From positions 1 to 64,000 of the forward strand of contig CAXWPH010000013.1 of NCBI GenBank assembly GCA_963666055.2: a stretch of DNA of 64,000 nt, read 5' to 3'. The position numbers and the translations under genes are program-made. This document shows, piece by piece, positions 60,504 to 64,000 of this stretch. Within the stretch, counting starts at the first letter, position 1, and each line of letters starts with the position of its first letter. The DNA is from Acidobacteriota bacterium. Its GTDB lineage: Bacteria; Acidobacteriota; UBA890; WLXD01. The notes below the pieces were generated by a model. That model saw only the letters and a program-made list of their open reading frames with translations. It was not told the origin of the DNA and did no database searches.

Positions 60504-60921
60504 GACCGTCATGACGCCACGTGCTGGGCGGGCGGTTCAGGATACGGCGGGGGCACGGAGCCGTAGGTAGAGGAACCCGGAGGCTACCGCCGCTCCTTCT
60601 TCCGCAGCTCCCACCACTCCCGGATGAACTTCACCAGCTTGCCATTGAGAATCGGCTGGTCGCGCGTCGTCCTTGTTTCGACCCGAAGCCCGACTAGCTG
60701 TGTTGTTTGGGCTCGCCGACGCCCGGTACAATAAGAAGCGGCCCGGGAGCTGCGAACTCCACGGGCCGCAAAACGAACTGCAGTAGTGGGACGGTACGTC
60801 CTCGCCGGCCGCCGGTCAATTATGGTCGGCTCCGCGCGTCCACTGGGGTGGGCTGCTGCGGTCCTCAATGCCTGTAAGTCCGAGCGGCCTTCGTGCTGCG
60901 GCAGGGCGAGGAGATGAAGTC

Positions 60922-61218
60922 ATGGGTGCTTTCGTGACCCAACAGCCGAGCGTATTCACACGCGACGGCATCGAAGCGCTGAGTCCAAACCAGCCCGGTG
61001 TGTACGGGCTATACCGCGGGGACCGATGGGTCTATGTCGGCCAGAGTGAAGACGTTCGGCGACGCTTGCTGGAGCATCTCGGCGGCGACAACTCCTGCAT
61101 CACAGGCAGCTGGCCGTCACACTTCGTAGCCGAACTGGTCCACGGTGGCCACGCTGCACGTGAGGCGCGAGAGCGCGTCCTAATCAACGAGTGCCAGCCG
61201 CTCTGCAACGTGGCGTAG
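60922..61218 (+). CDS. Stand-alone GIY-YIG nuclease domain protein
   Basis: 'PGVYGL...VYVGQSEDVRRRLLEH...E..LI....P..N'. Confidence 0.85.
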   Translation: MGAFVTQQPSVFTRDGIEALSPNQPGVYGLYRGDRWVYVGQSEDVRRRLLEHLGGDNSCITGSWPSHFVAELVHGGHAAREARERVLINECQPLCNVA

Positions 61219-61220
61219 CC

Positions 61221-61520
61221 CTAGTGGCTGCAGCCTGAACCTGTACCCTCCAGGCAGCCGGTGACTCGATCGAAGTAGTAGTCTCGGCCGCCTACGGTCA
61301 ACTGTGTGTAGCGTCGGCCGACGCGCACGTCTAGCTGCTGACCGGTGACCTGGTCGCGGTAACTGATCGGGCGGATGGCCCCCGGCGCACCGAGCCGATG
61401 CAGTGCCGCGCAGAACGCGTCGCGGACGCGGTCCCGAAACCAGTTGGTCCGCCCGCACTTCAGGGCAGCTGGTTGCGGCGGGTGAGGGTGGCTGAACGGT
61501 AACACCGTGGCGTCAGACAT
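61221..61520 (-). CDS. Hypothetical protein
   Basis: GGAGG RBS; convergent with the GIY-YIG gene. Confidence 0.5.
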   Translation of the reverse strand: MSDATVLPFSHPHPPQPAALKCGRTNWFRDRVRDAFCAALHRLGAPGAIRPISYRDQVTGQQLDVRVGRRYTQLTVGGRDYYFDRVTGCLEGTGSGCSH

Positions 61521-61643
61521 CGCGCCCTCCACGCTAGCGTTCACCCCCAACGCCGAGTCTACAACGAGCGAGCTCCTTGCGGAGCTTGAAGTAGATATTC
61601 GGATCCACGCCCAGCAGCGCCCCGAGCATCGCCAGCTTCAGCG

Positions 61644-61725
61644 CCCTCGCAAATCGCCCGGCTGCGCTCTCCCGTGGTGAGAGCCGATCTATTCCGCTAG
61701 GCTGAGCGAAGCCCGGGCGGCAGGC
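61644..61725 (+). repeat. Hairpin/promoter repeat, copy 3 of 3
   Basis: Shares the left extension with copy 2 and the right extension (GAAGCCC.GGCGGCAGGC) with copy 1. Confidence 0.9.
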
Positions 61726-61756
61726 TGAAGGGCATCCCAAACGAGCGAGGTGCGCG

Positions 61757-61867
61757 ATGGATCTTGAACAGCAAGTTGAGCGGCTGAAGCGAGACAACCG
61801 GAGGCTAAAGATTGCCCTCGGCGCGGTGGCGGCGTTGCTGGTGGCGGCTGTGCTGGTGGGCGTGTGA
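61757..61867 (+). CDS. 36-aa coiled-coil plus TM peptide (not in ORF track)
   Basis: GAGG RBS; MDLEQQVERLKRDNRRLKIALGAVAALLVAAVLVGV. Confidence 0.5.
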   Translation: MDLEQQVERLKRDNRRLKIALGAVAALLVAAVLVGV

Positions 61868-61918
61868 TGCTGCAGGAGGCTCTGACGCAGACCGTGCTGG
61901 AGTAGGCGGAGATAGTCA

Positions 61919-62221
61919 TCATCGCAGCATCCGCTTGAGATCGATCTGCTTTCCCAGCCGCTGAACCAATCCATGTGAAGCTTCGTTGAGCGACTGCTCC
62001 AAGAACTTCGGGCCGCTTACTGTTCCGCCTTCCACTTCCCTCAGCTCGTGGACGGCAATCGCGTAGTCGAGTCCTGCGCCTACGCCGATCTCGAGCGATA
62101 TCTCTTTGCCGTTCACTTTCGGCGAGCCGATCTGGTGGCTGTCGCGCAGTGCTCCGGTGTCGACTGGTGTTCTCTCCTTGGACGCCTCGACGACTCCCTC
62201 TGCCTCGACGCGTAGAGCGCT
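61919..62221 (-). pseudogene. HK97 gp10-like phage tail-completion protein, 5' end lost
   Basis: 'TPVDTGALRDS', 'YAIAVHE', 'KFLEQS'; upstream in-frame TAG. Confidence 0.65.
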
Positions 62222-62878
62222 CTAGACCTGATCGCACCGCCGACGGCCGGACGAGCCTGGACGTCGTTGACCGGCTACCCGCATCTCGTTCCCGCTCAAC
62301 CCCTGGACACCACGGCCGGGAAAGGCCATCGTGTGCCTGCTACGGGAATCCCCACCCCCAAAGCGCTCGGGCCGAAGCCGTTTCTGCTTCGGCCCGAACT
62401 GTTTCTGGTGATCCCACCAACTGCTCTCGAGCTCGGTACGCCTTCCGGTGCTCCTGGTGGTGGCCTCCTAGTGCCCGCCGCTGCCGCCCGGAGATGGCTC
62501 GGGAAAAACCACCCCCAAGGCGGCTGGCGACGTGGTCCCCGCGACCGCCGGCCTGGCCGGATGAACCTAACCGTGGCGCGGAGATGGTCGTTCATGGCCG
62601 TAGCTCCTGCCGCTCGGCGCGCTCGTCGGCCAACGCGGCCTGGAATGCGGCTTGTGAACTCGACTGAAACTCGGCGGGCCGTGGTGGTGTCACACGATGG
62701 GACCCTCGGCGCAGAACGCGAAGCTCGATTACCCCTAGAAACAAGGGCCTCAAGCGGCAAACCCGGCGGCGCCGAGGAGACCGCTGGGTGTGACAGAATC
62801 GGACACCACGGAGCCGGGCGCCGCTCCTCAGAAATGTGAAGTTTTGTGAGGTCCCTGCGCTGTGGCTACGGCCTCTGA

Positions 62879-63094
62879 AATGTCTACATTTGTCAACAGG
62901 CGGCAGGTCCCTCGAGAGGGCGCCTTCTTCGGGTCGACGGCTTCGAGGAAGATTGGACCCGCTTCCGCGGCTTCGGATTCGACTGGTTCATCGAGAACGA
63001 CGGCAACTACGTGAAGCTCCTCGAGGGCAAGTACCGGCCCGACGTGCGGCCATCCGTTGATGCTTCGAAGAAACTCCGAATCCCGAGGGGCTAG
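62879..63094 (+). pseudogene. C-terminus of a phage replication initiator (not in ORF track)
   Basis: 'FDWFIENDGNYVKLLEGKY' immediately upstream of DnaB. Confidence 0.6.
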
Positions 63095-63097
63095 CCG

Positions 63098-64000
63098 GTG
63101 GTCGAGCGCGCGCTCCCGAACGACACTTCCACTGAGCAGGCGATCCTCGCTGCCATCATCTTGAACCGAGAGGCGTGGCACGAGGCACAGGCTAAGCTGG
63201 AAGCCAACGACTTCTTTTCAGAGTCTCACCAGCTCGTATTCAAGGCGATGCAAGAGATCGGCGGCGTTCGTCGGGAGGCCATCGACACGGTGTCGATACT
63301 GGCCGAGCTGAAGCGGGTCGACAGCTTGGAACGCGCTGGCGGCCCAGCCTACATCTCGAACCTGATCGAGGGCTTCCCGATGCGAGCCAACGTGCCGCAG
63401 TTGGCCAGGGTCGTGCGCGAATATTCCCTGAGGCGCCGGCTCATCCGCGTTACCAACACAGCGTTCCACCGGGCGATGGACACGCCGGACTGATGCGGAG
63501 GAGGCCATCGAGGAGGCTATCGAGGATCTGCGGTTGTTGCTGTCGCGAGCTGCCGGTGCCAGGGAACCGGAGCTGCGGGGTTCAGCGCTCCTGCTCGCGA
63601 GCCTGGAGCGCGGCGATCGAGTGCCGCTGGGATGGGGCCGAAACTGGACCGGCGCATGCGTGGGGGCTGCCCAGGGGCACGGTGATAACCGTGGGGGCGA
63701 AGGGCGCGGTGGGCAAGACACCGTTCGCACTACAGACCGCGGAGCGGATCCTCATGAGCCGTCCAGCGGCGCAAGTGGCGTTCTTCAACCTGGAGATGCC
63801 CGAAGAGGAAATCGTCCGTCGGCAGATCATGGCCTTCTGTCGCGTGACCGACTCTGAGGCCGCTGACCTCGTGCGAGGCGGTGCTGACAGACCGGTGGAG
63901 ATGGGCCTGTCGCTTGCCGAGTACGACGCCATGATGGAGCGGTTCCATATGTTCCGCTCTCAACGGACGATCAGGCAGATCGAATCGGCTGTGGCGTCGG
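63098..64000 (+). pseudogene. dnaB: Phage DnaB-like replicative helicase, frameshifted, runs off window
   Basis: 'LPNDTSTEQAILAAII', then 'GAKGAVGKT' and 'FFNLEM' in shifted frames. Confidence 0.8.

Larger units (their letters stand above)
57901..64000. mobile_element. Decayed prophage-like segment continuing beyond the window
   Basis: HK97 gp10-like fragment, replication initiator fragment, DnaB, XRE HTH, GIY-YIG and small ORFs. Confidence 0.7.

Noticed and set aside
58550-61725. CRISPR array or integron attC array
   Set aside because: Spacing is 1-2 kb, there are no cas genes or intI, and no RYYYAAC/GTTRRRY ends.

Overview
GC-rich bacterial DNA. The Ser/Thr kinase-TM-beta-propeller genes and secreted proteins suggest Acidobacteriota (inference). 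Scattered 1-2 nt indels in otherwise intact genes suggest a long-read or MAG assembly. 1-20 kb is an ordinary metabolic block: quaternary-amine catabolism (non-Pyl MttB, DMG/sarcosine dehydrogenase, EtfAB, membrane Fe-S oxidoreductase, CaiD), a Mo-hydroxylase pair and pcm, punctuated by a CTAG-flanked structured MITE family. 20-58 kb is a mosaic built around two copies of a tandem kinase-propeller operon. At least ten orphan kinase stubs (5' leader plus first codons, or the 3' 'NWF(D/E)ELKRLVPT' tail) bracket unrelated cargo genes and gene fragments, including a uvrC 3' end. This kinase-end-bounded cassette architecture is the most striking feature. The region also holds a phage-satellite-like element (28-34.5 kb) whose integrase is cut at its catalytic motif. 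58-64 kb is a decayed prophage-like segment with a three-copy hairpin/promoter repeat ahead of small accessory genes. All family assignments come from motif recognition; no searches were run.
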